In this document: in pieces, positions 1 through 7,561 of the stretch
How positions within the stretch are numbered: position 1 is the stretch's first letter
Layout: each line of letters opens with the position of its first letter
From: a virus
Length of the DNA stretch: 64,000 nt
Strand: one strand, 5' to 3'
IMG/VR virus record: IMGVR_UViG_3300045988_076131
Location: 1-64,000 of that record
The notes under the pieces: model-generated
The model's input: only the letters and a program-made list of their open reading frames with translations
The model's database searches: none
What the model was told of the DNA's origin: nothing
Translations under genes and position numbers: made by a program

Positions 1-42
1 TTCCCAAGCCAGAGGTCACGGGTTCGAACCCCGCTTGCCGCT
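1..42 (+). tRNA. tRNA-Gly(CCC), 3' portion only (5' part is upstream of the window)
   Basis: nt 1-7 TTCCCAA = anticodon loop (CCC); AGGTC variable loop; T arm ACGGG/TTCGAAC/CCCGC; acceptor 3' strand TTGCCGC plus discriminator T; CCA not encoded. Confidence 0.7.
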
Positions 43-83
43 CTTGATTATAAAGTGCTGAAAATCAGTGGTTTTAGTATAGT

Positions 84-116
84 AAGGAGGTTCTTTTTGA
101 GCCTCCTTTTTTTGTT
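84..116 (+). terminator. intrinsic terminator after the tRNA
   Basis: AAGGAGG...CCTCCTT hairpin followed by a T run (TTTTTTG). Confidence 0.6.
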
Positions 117-161
117 GTCCCAAACCTCAAAGTGGTGGTTTGGGGCGTTTTAAAGCGTTGT

Positions 162-223
162 GTGGGTCGGTTTGTGGGACGCTTTGTGGGTCGAGTCCCA
201 CGTTTGATACGCCCGAGTCCCAC
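162..223. repeat. cluster of five GTGGGWC heptamers (three direct, two inverted)
   Basis: GTGGGTC 162-168, GTGGGAC 174-180, GTGGGTC 186-192, GTCCCAC 195-201 and 217-223, between the tRNA terminator and the repressor stop. Confidence 0.6.
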
Positions 224-226
224 AAG

Positions 227-748
227 TCAGTTCTTCTTGAGACGTTCCCGAAGTTCGGCTATTTCCGCCTCCTGCCTGGTTATTAGTTTGTCCTTGTCGG
301 CGAGCCACGCCTGCTGACTTGCAATCAGTCGGTCTTTTTCCGATAGCAGTTGCGCCTGTGCGTCAATCTTTTGCTCTAATGCCGTTATTTTGCCCTCTGT
401 GGCGTTTATTGTCTGCGTGCCTTGATAGTTATCGCCGCTGATGACGTTTTGCGACACAGGGCTTGCATTTGCGTCGAGCATCTGGTTGAATGCGGCGAAC
501 TGCGCCTTGCCGATTGCTTTTTCTTCGGCAAACATCTCGCCGATGCCATTGTAAAGCCACTTGTAGTTAGCCTTGAAGGTGTTAGCGATACGCATAAGGT
601 ATTCTACCGAAAAGCCGTTTTTAATGGCACGGCTAAAACTTTGAGGTGTGATGCCGCATTGTTCGGCAAAATCACCCTGCTTTAGTCCGACTTGTTTAAT
701 CAAGACCTTAACCCTTTCAGTTGTCGAATTTGTTGTCATAATTACCAA
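227..748 (-). CDS. CI-type phage repressor (N-terminal HTH, C-terminal coiled coil)
   Basis: 173 aa; VKVLIKQVGLKQGDFAEQCGITPQSFSRAIKNG...WLYNGIGEMF fits the CI/XRE HTH pattern; Q/E/L-rich heptad tail; divergent from a Cro-like ORF. Confidence 0.75.
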   Translation of the reverse strand: MVIMTTNSTTERVKVLIKQVGLKQGDFAEQCGITPQSFSRAIKNGFSVEYLMRIANTFKANYKWLYNGIGEMFAEEKAIGKAQFAAFNQMLDANASPVSQNVISGDNYQGTQTINATEGKITALEQKIDAQAQLLSEKDRLIASQQAWLADKDKLITRQEAEIAELRERLKKN

Positions 749-858
749 AGTGTTAATTTAAACCGCATATTTGTTAATTGGCAACGATTAGTCTGTAAAA
801 GAAAGTTAAACTCGTAAACTTTTAGTTACCAACATAGTAATTGTATGGTAATTTTTAC

Positions 859-866
859 TACCTTTG
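859..866 (+). promoter_or_regulatory. candidate Bacteroidota -7 promoter box TACCTTTG (TAnnTTTG)
   Basis: exact match to TAnnTTTG in the divergent intergenic region upstream of the Cro-like ORF; flanked by inverted CAACGATT / AATCGTTG half sites at about 785 and 868. Confidence 0.35.
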
Positions 867-958
867 CAATCGTTGACAGAGCGCAGCGAAACGAACCCAA
901 TCAGCTCGCAAAACGCTCAATATATGTTTAGTATGCAAATATAGCAATTATACTCGAA

Positions 959-1132
959 ATGACAAAGAGAAAAAGAATAAAACTTCGACAGGGATGCCAA
1001 ATTCTGTTGGCAAAGGACTGCGGAGTAGGGGTCGCAACAGTCCGACGCGCCCTGCAATGGGAATGCGACTCGGACATTCAGAACCTCATACGCAAACGAG
1101 CACATGAACTCGGATACGTGAAACGCTGGTAA
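959..1132 (+). CDS. Cro/antirepressor-like small HTH protein (57 aa, below ORF-track cutoff)
   Basis: MTKRKRIKLRQGCQILLAKDCGVGVATVRRALQWECDSDIQNLIRKRAHELGYVKRW; HTH-like LAKDCGVGVATVRRAL; divergent from the repressor. Confidence 0.5.
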   Translation: MTKRKRIKLRQGCQILLAKDCGVGVATVRRALQWECDSDIQNLIRKRAHELGYVKRW

Positions 1133-1182
1133 CGGACGGTACTGCCGTCACAACATAAACCAAACTTAAAGCAAGAAAGATT

Positions 1183-1380
1183 ATGAAACAGGCGACAGTA
1201 ACACAGATTGAGAAGATATGGCTCTCGAACAAGGAGGCGCAAGCGTACCTCGGCGTGGGCATGGACTTTCTCAAGAACCTCCGTTCAAGCGGACGTATCT
1301 CGTTCTTCAAGGTCGGCACAACGGTATTCTACCGCAAGCGCGACATTGATAAGCTCATTGAGAAAAATAGAGTATGTTAG
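1183..1380 (+). CDS. excisionase-family (MerR-like) HTH DNA-binding protein
   Basis: 65 aa; WLSNKEAQAYLGVGMDFLKNLRSSGRISFFKVGTTVFYRKRDIDKLI matches the excisionase/MerR HTH pattern. Confidence 0.6.
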   Translation: MKQATVTQIEKIWLSNKEAQAYLGVGMDFLKNLRSSGRISFFKVGTTVFYRKRDIDKLIEKNRVC

Positions 1381-1499
1381 AGTTAGAAATTCATTTCATA
1401 ACGGTTTTAAAAACTTTTGTTTCGGCGATATTTTAATCGCTTCGTCGCGAGACGATTTTTCTACACTTAGAAGTTTTTTTACTCATAAGGTTATAATTT

Positions 1500-2290
1500 A
1501 AATTGTTAGACAAACATGTTTCAAGCGTGAAACAAGCCCTGCGGTCGTCGCGAGGTGGTCGCAGGTTTTAAAAACAACGCGGAGTGGTGCAAAGGTAAGC
1601 ACGTGTGGGTCAGATTTCTTTCATAGGGTTAATAGATAGAATCACTCATAATTAGTCAGTCATAAGTTAAATAAGCAGTTAGCCCCACAAGATGCAGGTG
1701 TCGTAACCGCCTCCGCGACTTTAATTTGTTGTTATTGTTTTTGGTGGAAAACAGTTTGTAGTTGATTTAAGTTATTATTTGATAAAATTCCCCCGCAAAT
1801 CTGCGAAGACAAGCGGGTTTAACAAGGTCGGAACGCACGATTGGAAGTGCTGAGAACAATGGATAGGGCGCAGTTGTCTGTTTTTAAGCTTTAAATATTC
1901 TGGATGATGCCATTTGCTGAATAAATTCCTAATGCCCGAGCCTCGGAAAGTTCTTGCGGGTCGCACCGCTTCCGACCACAAAATAAAGACGTTCTTTGAA
2001 TTATTGACACACAGAAGAAAGGCATATAGGACGGCGCGAGACTGACAATCCAAGACCGCCGCTCAAGGATGCTGAGTAACGAAAGACCTGCTAAAGCATC
2101 TCCTGACGTAGCGAAAGCCGTGAAAGCGGATAGAATGAACCATGTCGAACTCTGAATTGTCGGCACAGGCAAAGCAAAAGGGAATGCAGTAGGCTGCACG
2201 CTCGTCGTGCAAGACGGTCGCACCGCAAAAGGTCTATAAAGGTGCGGAAAACAACAGACAGTTAGTGTTTGTCATATTATATAATCAAAG
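1500..2290 (+). ncRNA. candidate large structured non-coding RNA (boundaries approximate)
   Basis: about 1.1 kb without a plausible + strand ORF between 1381 and 2505; dense local helices (GATGCT 2068-2073 / AGCATC 2095-2100; GCACG 2196-2200 / CGTGC 2206-2210; CCTGCG/CGCAGG near 1539-1565). Four GAAAG loops within 190 nt (1945, 2081, 2113, 2123). Followed by a tRNA-like gene and a terminator. Confidence 0.4.
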
Positions 2291-2378
2291 AGGAGAGTGC
2301 GCGATTGGTAAGGCGAAGTCCTCGGAACTTTATACGAGTTCCGGGACTATAATACTGGTTCGATTCCAGTCTCTCCTC
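2291..2378 (+). tRNA. tRNA-like gene with an atypical, extended anticodon arm (identity undetermined)
   Basis: perfect 7-bp acceptor AGGAGAG/CTCTCCT; D arm with GG loop. T arm ACTGG-TTCGATT-CCAGT and 5-nt variable ATAAT. The anticodon arm is 32 nt (AGTCC-T-CGGAAC loop TTTATACGA GTTCCG-GGACT) instead of 17. Confidence 0.55.
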
Positions 2379-2450
2379 CTGCTTTCTAATTCTTTTTAAT
2401 TGGGTTAATAGGAATATGTAACTGATAATTTAATGGTATTAAGATGGGTT

Positions 2451-2488
2451 GTGTGTGCCGTTCGCGAGAATAGCACACATTATTTTTT
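2451..2488 (+). terminator. intrinsic terminator closing the non-coding unit
   Basis: GTGTGTGC ... GCACACAT 8-bp stem followed by TATTTTTT. Confidence 0.6.
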
Positions 2489-2505
2489 ACTAAAAAGAAA
2501 CTAAC

Positions 2506-3012
2506 GTGAAGCAAACGAACATCTACAGTCACAAGGGATGGCTAAAAGACATAACAATTCGGGAATACCCGTATTCTTCTGCCGGGGAGATAGCCGCAAG
2601 ACACGGCGTTTGCAGCGGCAGCGTCTGGTATTGGGTTAAAAAACTGGGCCTCCAGCAGACGGACGAGACGAAAGCCAGGATTTGGGAAAAGACCTATTGC
2701 CGTATCGGTCGTACCGTTAAAGAACATCCCGAGATCTGGCGAAAGAGTGCAGAAACAAGAAAGCGCACAATGATGATGGAGCGGTTTCGTGTAATGTCGG
2801 GGATGCCTCAGAAAACAAAGATACGCATTGCGATGCGACCCACCAAGGCGTACAAGGCGATATGGTATCTGGTGAATATGCGCAACTACTTCCGCGACAT
2901 TGAGGTGGGTGGCAGGTTCACGCTCTATTACGATGAACAAACGAAACGCTCCGGCAAGGAAGACTACTACATGAAATCCTGCGGACTGACGTTTGAGCAA
3001 GTGCAAAATTAG
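2506..3012 (+). CDS. HTH-containing protein (GTG start)
   Basis: 168 aa; SAGEIAARHGVCSGSVWYWVKKLG resembles an HTH; basic C-terminal half. Confidence 0.5.
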   Translation: MKQTNIYSHKGWLKDITIREYPYSSAGEIAARHGVCSGSVWYWVKKLGLQQTDETKARIWEKTYCRIGRTVKEHPEIWRKSAETRKRTMMMERFRVMSGMPQKTKIRIAMRPTKAYKAIWYLVNMRNYFRDIEVGGRFTLYYDEQTKRSGKEDYYMKSCGLTFEQVQN

Positions 3013-3124
3013 TTCTTCATATATTAACCATTAAAACCAAGCCGACAAGGACGGCTTGCAGGTGCGAATCCTGCCGTTTTGAAAACTTTTTTGATTTTTG
3101 ATTAAACTTGTTCTATAACAAGTT

Positions 3125-3276
3125 GGGATTGCGTCATGGGCACCAGTAAGTCATGAACGCTGCAAGCAAGGAGTGACGGGTTCTTTTCATCTATGTTTGT
3201 AACAATTCAAGCCTGTCATGTACCGAGCCTCTGGGAGCAAAACACACCGAGCAGGGTTGAAATCCCTGCAATCCCT
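3125..3276 (+). ncRNA. tRNA-like acceptor/D/T-arm module enclosing a ~95-nt central region
   Basis: perfect 7-bp GGGATTG (3125-3131) / CAATCCC (3269-3275) directly abutting a T-arm-like hairpin CAGGG-TTGAAAT-CCCTG (3252-3268). D-like hairpin TCATG...CATGA starts 2 nt after the 5' acceptor strand; centre not foldable by eye. Confidence 0.3.
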
Positions 3277-3301
3277 CTATTTTTAAAAACGACTGAATAT
3301 T

Positions 3302-3565
3302 ATGGGAATTGTATTTTCATCGGTCATCATAGTTCTTTTGCTCGTCGTATTCGCAGCAGTCACCCAGGCTGCGGTCGAGTACCTCGTTGACTGTGACGAC
3401 AATAACACAAAAAGGAGATGTAGCTCATGGGTAGAACAAAAGGATGTCACGACTGCATGTGGGGCAACTGGCCCGAGATGTGCAAAGACCCGAAGCGAGA
3501 CCCGAAGTCAAACTATTGCTGCTGCCAGTGGGAATGGCGACACGAATAAAAAACATACGGAATGA
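3302..3565 (+). CDS. hypothetical small membrane protein (uncertain)
   Basis: 87 aa with a hydrophobic N-terminus (IVFSSVIIVLLLVVFAAV); overlaps an alternative 40-codon ORF in another frame. Confidence 0.3.
   Translation: MGIVFSSVIIVLLLVVFAAVTQAAVEYLVDCDDNNTKRRCSSWVEQKDVTTACGATGPRCAKTRSETRSQTIAAASGNGDTNKKHTE
3427..3549 (+). CDS. Cys/Trp-rich micro-ORF (40 aa, uncertain)
   Basis: MGRTKGCHDCMWGNWPEMCKDPKRDPKSNYCCCQWEWRHE; preceded by AAAGGAG; ends 12 nt before the next ORF. Confidence 0.3.
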   Translation: MGRTKGCHDCMWGNWPEMCKDPKRDPKSNYCCCQWEWRHE

Positions 3566-3810
3566 ACATAAGCGAGGTATATGAGCGCATCCGAGAACGA
3601 GAGTCGGGCGCAAGTGCAGAGTCTCGTACACGAGCAGAGCTGCACATACAGAAGATTAAGGAACTCCGAGAGAGGCACAAGACGTTTATCAAGATGCCGC
3701 ACACGAAAGCGTGCGATATGATAAAATACTGCCTTGCCATTGACAGAAACCTCGGCATCAACCGAATACATGAAAATGCGTTCGGGTTTATCTTCTTCAA
3801 GTATCAGTAA
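3562..3810 (+). CDS. hypothetical protein
   Basis: 82-aa ORF heading the + strand early operon. Confidence 0.45.
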   Translation: MNISEVYERIRERESGASAESRTRAELHIQKIKELRERHKTFIKMPHTKACDMIKYCLAIDRNLGINRIHENAFGFIFFKYQ

Positions 3811-3834
3811 CTAATTTTCTAAAAACATAAGGCA

Positions 3835-4275
3835 ATGAGAACAAGAACAGCAGTGTGGTACGAGACCACGGTACGCTACGAGCGTTCAAAGAGTGACGAA
3901 AACAATATCGCTACGGAAACATACGCCGTGGACGCATTGAGCTTCGCGGAAGCGGAACAGAGAATTACAGAGGAGATGAAACCGTATTGCTCGGGCGAGT
4001 TTGACGTGAAGAAAATCGCAATCGCTCCGTACGCCGAGGTATTCTTCTCCGAAGATGAAGACGATGACAAGTTCTTCCGTGCAGCAACCGTCGCAATGAT
4101 TACGTTTGACGAGCGCACCGGCAAGGAAAAGAAGAACAACGTCAACTACCTCGTTCAGGCAGAGAACATCGAAACGGCACGCCGATATGTCGTAGACGCG
4201 TTTTTCAATACGGCAATGGAATACGAAATCAACCGCCTCGTAGAAACAAAGATACTCGATGTGTTCGAGAAGTAG
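3835..4275 (+). CDS. DUF4494-like protein
   Basis: 146 aa; YAVDALSFAEAEQRITEEM...GEFDVKKI...DERTGKEKK..YLVQAENIETA...ETKILDVFEK matches my recollection of the Bacteroidota DUF4494 pattern. Confidence 0.55.
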   Translation: MRTRTAVWYETTVRYERSKSDENNIATETYAVDALSFAEAEQRITEEMKPYCSGEFDVKKIAIAPYAEVFFSEDEDDDKFFRAATVAMITFDERTGKEKKNNVNYLVQAENIETARRYVVDAFFNTAMEYEINRLVETKILDVFEK

Positions 4276-4300
4276 CATGATTTTAAAAACAGCATAACAA

Positions 4301-5140
4301 ATGGAAAATAACGAATACGAAGTGCTGCAAGTGCAGCATGATCAGAACATCGTTCAGTTGGACGCAGTAGAGCGTGCAAACGTAGACTCGCAGGTGGCAA
4401 CCGCAAAGCAATATCCGAGAAACGTCACACGAAGTATCAACAACTCAATCGCTATGGCGACTATGGATGTAAATACAGCGCAGAGCTGCGGTTATGCCCT
4501 TCCTCGCGGCGGCAAGCCTATCACCGGCCCGAGCGTGCATCTGGCAAAGTTAATTGTCTCCAACTGGGGTAATATACGTACTGAAACAAAGGTCGTTCGG
4601 ATTACCGACAAGCAGGTTATCAGCCGTGGCGCGTGTTGGGATTTGGAAAACAATGTGGCATCCGCTTTCGAGGTTCGCCGCTCAATCGTAGGCAGTAATG
4701 GCAAGAGATATTCGGACGATATGATTACCGTCACAGGTAATGCAGCCAACGCTATCGCATACCGCAACGCCGTGTTCGCCGTAATCCCGAAGGCTGTTAC
4801 CGACAAGGTGTACCAGGCGGCGCAACACTGCATCACCGGCGACCTCTCTGACAACGATAAGCTGATTGCCACACGCAAGAAGTGCATCGACTACTTCAAG
4901 GACGAGTACGGCATCACGGAAGAGGAGGTTATAATGATTTGCGGAAAGCAGACCGTCAATCAAATCAAGGCAGAGCAGATAGTTCTATTGCGCGGCGTAA
5001 TACAGTCGCTCAGAGATGGCGACACAACCATGGAAGAACTTATGAAGCCGTATCGCAAGGAAGAGAACAAGAAGAACGTTGCAGCCAAAGCAGCCGAAAC
5101 CGCAGTAGCCAACGCTGCAAAGAAGGAGACTAAGGCATGA
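4301..5140 (+). CDS. putative single-strand annealing recombinase (RecT/Red-beta-like by context)
   Basis: 279 aa; directly upstream of, and overlapping (ATGA), a YqaJ exonuclease and an SSB-like gene. Confidence 0.5.
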   Translation: MENNEYEVLQVQHDQNIVQLDAVERANVDSQVATAKQYPRNVTRSINNSIAMATMDVNTAQSCGYALPRGGKPITGPSVHLAKLIVSNWGNIRTETKVVRITDKQVISRGACWDLENNVASAFEVRRSIVGSNGKRYSDDMITVTGNAANAIAYRNAVFAVIPKAVTDKVYQAAQHCITGDLSDNDKLIATRKKCIDYFKDEYGITEEEVIMICGKQTVNQIKAEQIVLLRGVIQSLRDGDTTMEELMKPYRKEENKKNVAAKAAETAVANAAKKETKA

Positions 5141-5826
5141 TTACCGATAATGTAGAACAAAAAAGTATCGCCTGGTACCGCTCCCGCTTCGGAAATTTTA
5201 CAGGTTCCGAAGTTCACAATCTTATGAAGTCGGGTCGCAAGAAGGATGAGGTGTGGTCCGAAACGGCAAAGAGCTATATGTACAAGGTCGCCGCCGAGCG
5301 CATGTTCAACCCCGACTTCCTCAACGACGATGATGTGTTTGACGATTATCTCCATCAGACGAACTTCACCTCCAAGGCTATGCAGTTCGGCATTGAGCAG
5401 GAGCAGTACGCCCGAGAGACATACATCAAGCTCAACAACGATGTCGAGGTGTTTGAGGTTGCATCCTGCAAGCACGATACCATACCTCACTTCGCAGCCT
5501 CGCCCGACGGCATCGTAAGAGGTGCGGACTTGAAGTGCCTGGAAATCAAGTGCCCGAACATCGCAACACACATGATGTATGTGGATAAGATACACGACGG
5601 CGCATCACTGAAAGAAGTCAAGCCCGAATACTATTGGCAGACAATGGCAGAGATGGCTTGCACCGGCGCAACGGAAACGGACTTTGTTTCCTATTCGCCG
5701 TGGCTTCTGAACCCCATACACATCGTAAACATTCCACGCAACGACGAGGACATCGCGCTGCTTGAAGAGCGCGTGAAGCTCGCGAACGCTTTCGTGGAAG
5801 AAGTTATCAATAAGTCAAAATCCTAA
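5137..5826 (+). CDS. YqaJ-type (lambda-exonuclease fold) recombination exonuclease
   Basis: 229 aa; WYRSRFGNFTGSEVHNLM, SPDG, LEIKCP motifs typical of YqaJ PD-(D/E)XK nucleases. Confidence 0.8.
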   Translation: MITDNVEQKSIAWYRSRFGNFTGSEVHNLMKSGRKKDEVWSETAKSYMYKVAAERMFNPDFLNDDDVFDDYLHQTNFTSKAMQFGIEQEQYARETYIKLNNDVEVFEVASCKHDTIPHFAASPDGIVRGADLKCLEIKCPNIATHMMYVDKIHDGASLKEVKPEYYWQTMAEMACTGATETDFVSYSPWLLNPIHIVNIPRNDEDIALLEERVKLANAFVEEVINKSKS

Positions 5827-5834
5827 AAATTATC

Positions 5835-6236
5835 ATGGACGTAGTAGGAAAAATCATAGCGGCCCTGCCACCAAAAAGTGGCACGTCGCAGTCAACCGGC
5901 AAGCCGTGGCAGGTCAACACCTATGTGTTGCAGACCAACGAGCAGACACCGAAGAACATCGCCTTCGATGTGTTCGGTGCAGAGCGTGTCGAGCAGTACA
6001 ATCTCAAAGTGGGCGATATGGTCACAGTGTCAATCGACATCGACGCTCACGAATACAACGGACGTTGGTACAACCAAATCAGAGCATGGAACGTTGTGAA
6101 CCATGCTTCGGCACAGCAGCCGACCGCACAGCAGGCACCACCTCCGACACCGCAGCCTGGCACCTTGTTTCCGCAGCCACCTGCACCAGGAGCACAGCCC
6201 GCACCGTCAGCAGGAACTGACCAACTGCCCTTTTAA
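5835..6236 (+). CDS. SSB-like OB-fold protein (DUF3127-like) with P/Q-rich tail
   Basis: 133 aa; GKPWQVNTYVLQT...FDVFG...GDMVTVSIDIDAHEYNGRWYNQIRAWNV core; PQ-rich linker; acidic/aromatic end DQLPF like SSB tails. Confidence 0.6.
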   Translation: MDVVGKIIAALPPKSGTSQSTGKPWQVNTYVLQTNEQTPKNIAFDVFGAERVEQYNLKVGDMVTVSIDIDAHEYNGRWYNQIRAWNVVNHASAQQPTAQQAPPPTPQPGTLFPQPPAPGAQPAPSAGTDQLPF

Positions 6237-6336
6237 CGTTCGCAAGTACGTTCTGTGGGCGCAAGCCAACCTAAATGCTATCATAGTAGGGTAGGGTAGT
6301 TCCCCTGCCCTACAAACCAAATAAAAAGTCATTGTT

Positions 6337-7248
6337 ATGAAAAACAGAATTTCCCTCGATTTGTCAAATATGGAAGCCTTCAAGGAGCTGACCGACATAC
6401 AACTCGGTGAGCTTATGAGGGCCGTATTCGCTTACGCTTCCGACGGCACGATGTTGTCCGAGGATGCCGACCAAGCCGTCCGTGTCGCGTTCGCCTTTCT
6501 GAAGGCGGACGTGGACGCGGAACGCGACTCGTACAAAAGACGCTGTGAGCGCAACAAAGAGAACGCACGCAAGCGTTGGGCGAAGCGTAATAAAAGTAAA
6601 AGCGCACACAAGACAAGCACACCCAAAGATGCGGCAAGTCCTGTATTGCAGGAAAAGACCGCAACGGTAGACTACGAAAAGCTCGTCGCCTACTGGAACC
6701 GCCGTGTGGACGAAACGAAGTCCTCAATGGCGAAGGTGCTCAACATCACCCCTTACCGCAAGAAGCTGATCGAGGAGCGACTTGCGGAATACAACAATGA
6801 CAACAAGGCATTACAGAAGGTGCTTGACAAGGCTCTCGCAGACCCCTACCTTAACGGCAAGAACCCTTCAAAATGGGTTGCTGACTTCAACTGGCTACTG
6901 AAACCCGAGAACTTCTCGCGGCTCGTAGAGAGTGGTATTGCCACTCCAAATGAGCCGAAACCGCAAGCTGTGACGGTTACGATTACCGAAACCGATTTGG
7001 CAAGCGAACGTCTGGAAGCAGAACGACACAGAGAGGAAATAGAGTTCACACGCGCTGAACAGCAACGTAACAACCTCCTCGCAGCTATCAAGGCTGCGGG
7101 CAGAAACCCGAACTGCATCCAGGCAAGGATAGCATACAACGCCTACGAGGACGGCACACTTGCAAGGCTCGGTATAGAATGGACTCCTAAAACATCAACC
7201 AATGACACTGAAAGACGAAATACAGAAATGGCTAAGCGAGCATCCTGA
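6337..7248 (+). CDS. replication-associated protein (replisome-organizer/DnaD-like N-terminus)
   Basis: 303 aa; position after the recombination genes; basic KRRCERNKENARKRWAKRNK segment. Confidence 0.4.
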   Translation: MKNRISLDLSNMEAFKELTDIQLGELMRAVFAYASDGTMLSEDADQAVRVAFAFLKADVDAERDSYKRRCERNKENARKRWAKRNKSKSAHKTSTPKDAASPVLQEKTATVDYEKLVAYWNRRVDETKSSMAKVLNITPYRKKLIEERLAEYNNDNKALQKVLDKALADPYLNGKNPSKWVADFNWLLKPENFSRLVESGIATPNEPKPQAVTVTITETDLASERLEAERHREEIEFTRAEQQRNNLLAAIKAAGRNPNCIQARIAYNAYEDGTLARLGIEWTPKTSTNDTERRNTEMAKRAS

Positions 7249-7321
7249 CGCTACGGCAGAAGAAGCGATATGGGCAGGAGCATACATCGAAATCGACTTA
7301 TGGTGCAATAAAACAAAATAA
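7202..7321 (+). CDS. small hypothetical ORF (39 aa)
   Basis: MTLKDEIQKWLSEHPDATAEEAIWAGAYIEIDLWCNKTK; fills the gap in the operon. Confidence 0.3.
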   Translation: MTLKDEIQKWLSEHPDATAEEAIWAGAYIEIDLWCNKTK

Positions 7322-7323
7322 CA

Positions 7324-7449
7324 ATGACAACAACAACCGGAATAATATTACTCGTAGCCTACGTCGCCTTTGTGGTAGGCTCAATCGGCTACACAATCGG
7401 GTTTCTTCACGGAAGCTCTGCGAAATACAACGAATATAATGAACTTTAG
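7324..7449 (+). CDS. small membrane protein (41 aa)
   Basis: MTTTTGIILLVAYVAFVVGSIGYTIGFLHG...; one clear TM helix. Confidence 0.35.
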   Translation: MTTTTGIILLVAYVAFVVGSIGYTIGFLHGSSAKYNEYNEL

Positions 7450-7452
7450 CCT

Positions 7453-7560
7453 ATGGAAGCAATGGATAAAGAAGCCTACGAAATCAAAAAGGACGGCATG
7501 ACGCGAGCTGAACGTAGGGCGTATAAGCGTAGGCTGGTGAAACAAAAGAAAGGACAGTAA
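7453..7560 (+). CDS. small basic ORF (35 aa)
   Basis: MEAMDKEAYEIKKDGMTRAERRAYKRRLVKQKKGQ; stops 1 nt before the next ATG. Confidence 0.3.
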   Translation: MEAMDKEAYEIKKDGMTRAERRAYKRRLVKQKKGQ

Positions 7561-7561
7561 T

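Noticed and set aside
1775-2223. Two overlapping minus-strand ORFs (92 and 110 aa) in the non-coding stretch
   Set aside because: They overlap each other in different frames, have odd composition, and have no start context. The region is better explained as structured RNA.
3003-3081. Third tRNA-like candidate (T-arm-like GCAGG-TGCGAAT-CCTGC preceded by a 6-bp hairpin)
   Set aside because: The acceptor pairing is imperfect (6/7 with a wobble). There is no D arm, no U33 in the putative anticodon loop, and no variable spacer. It is more likely a double-hairpin terminator after ORF 2506-3012.
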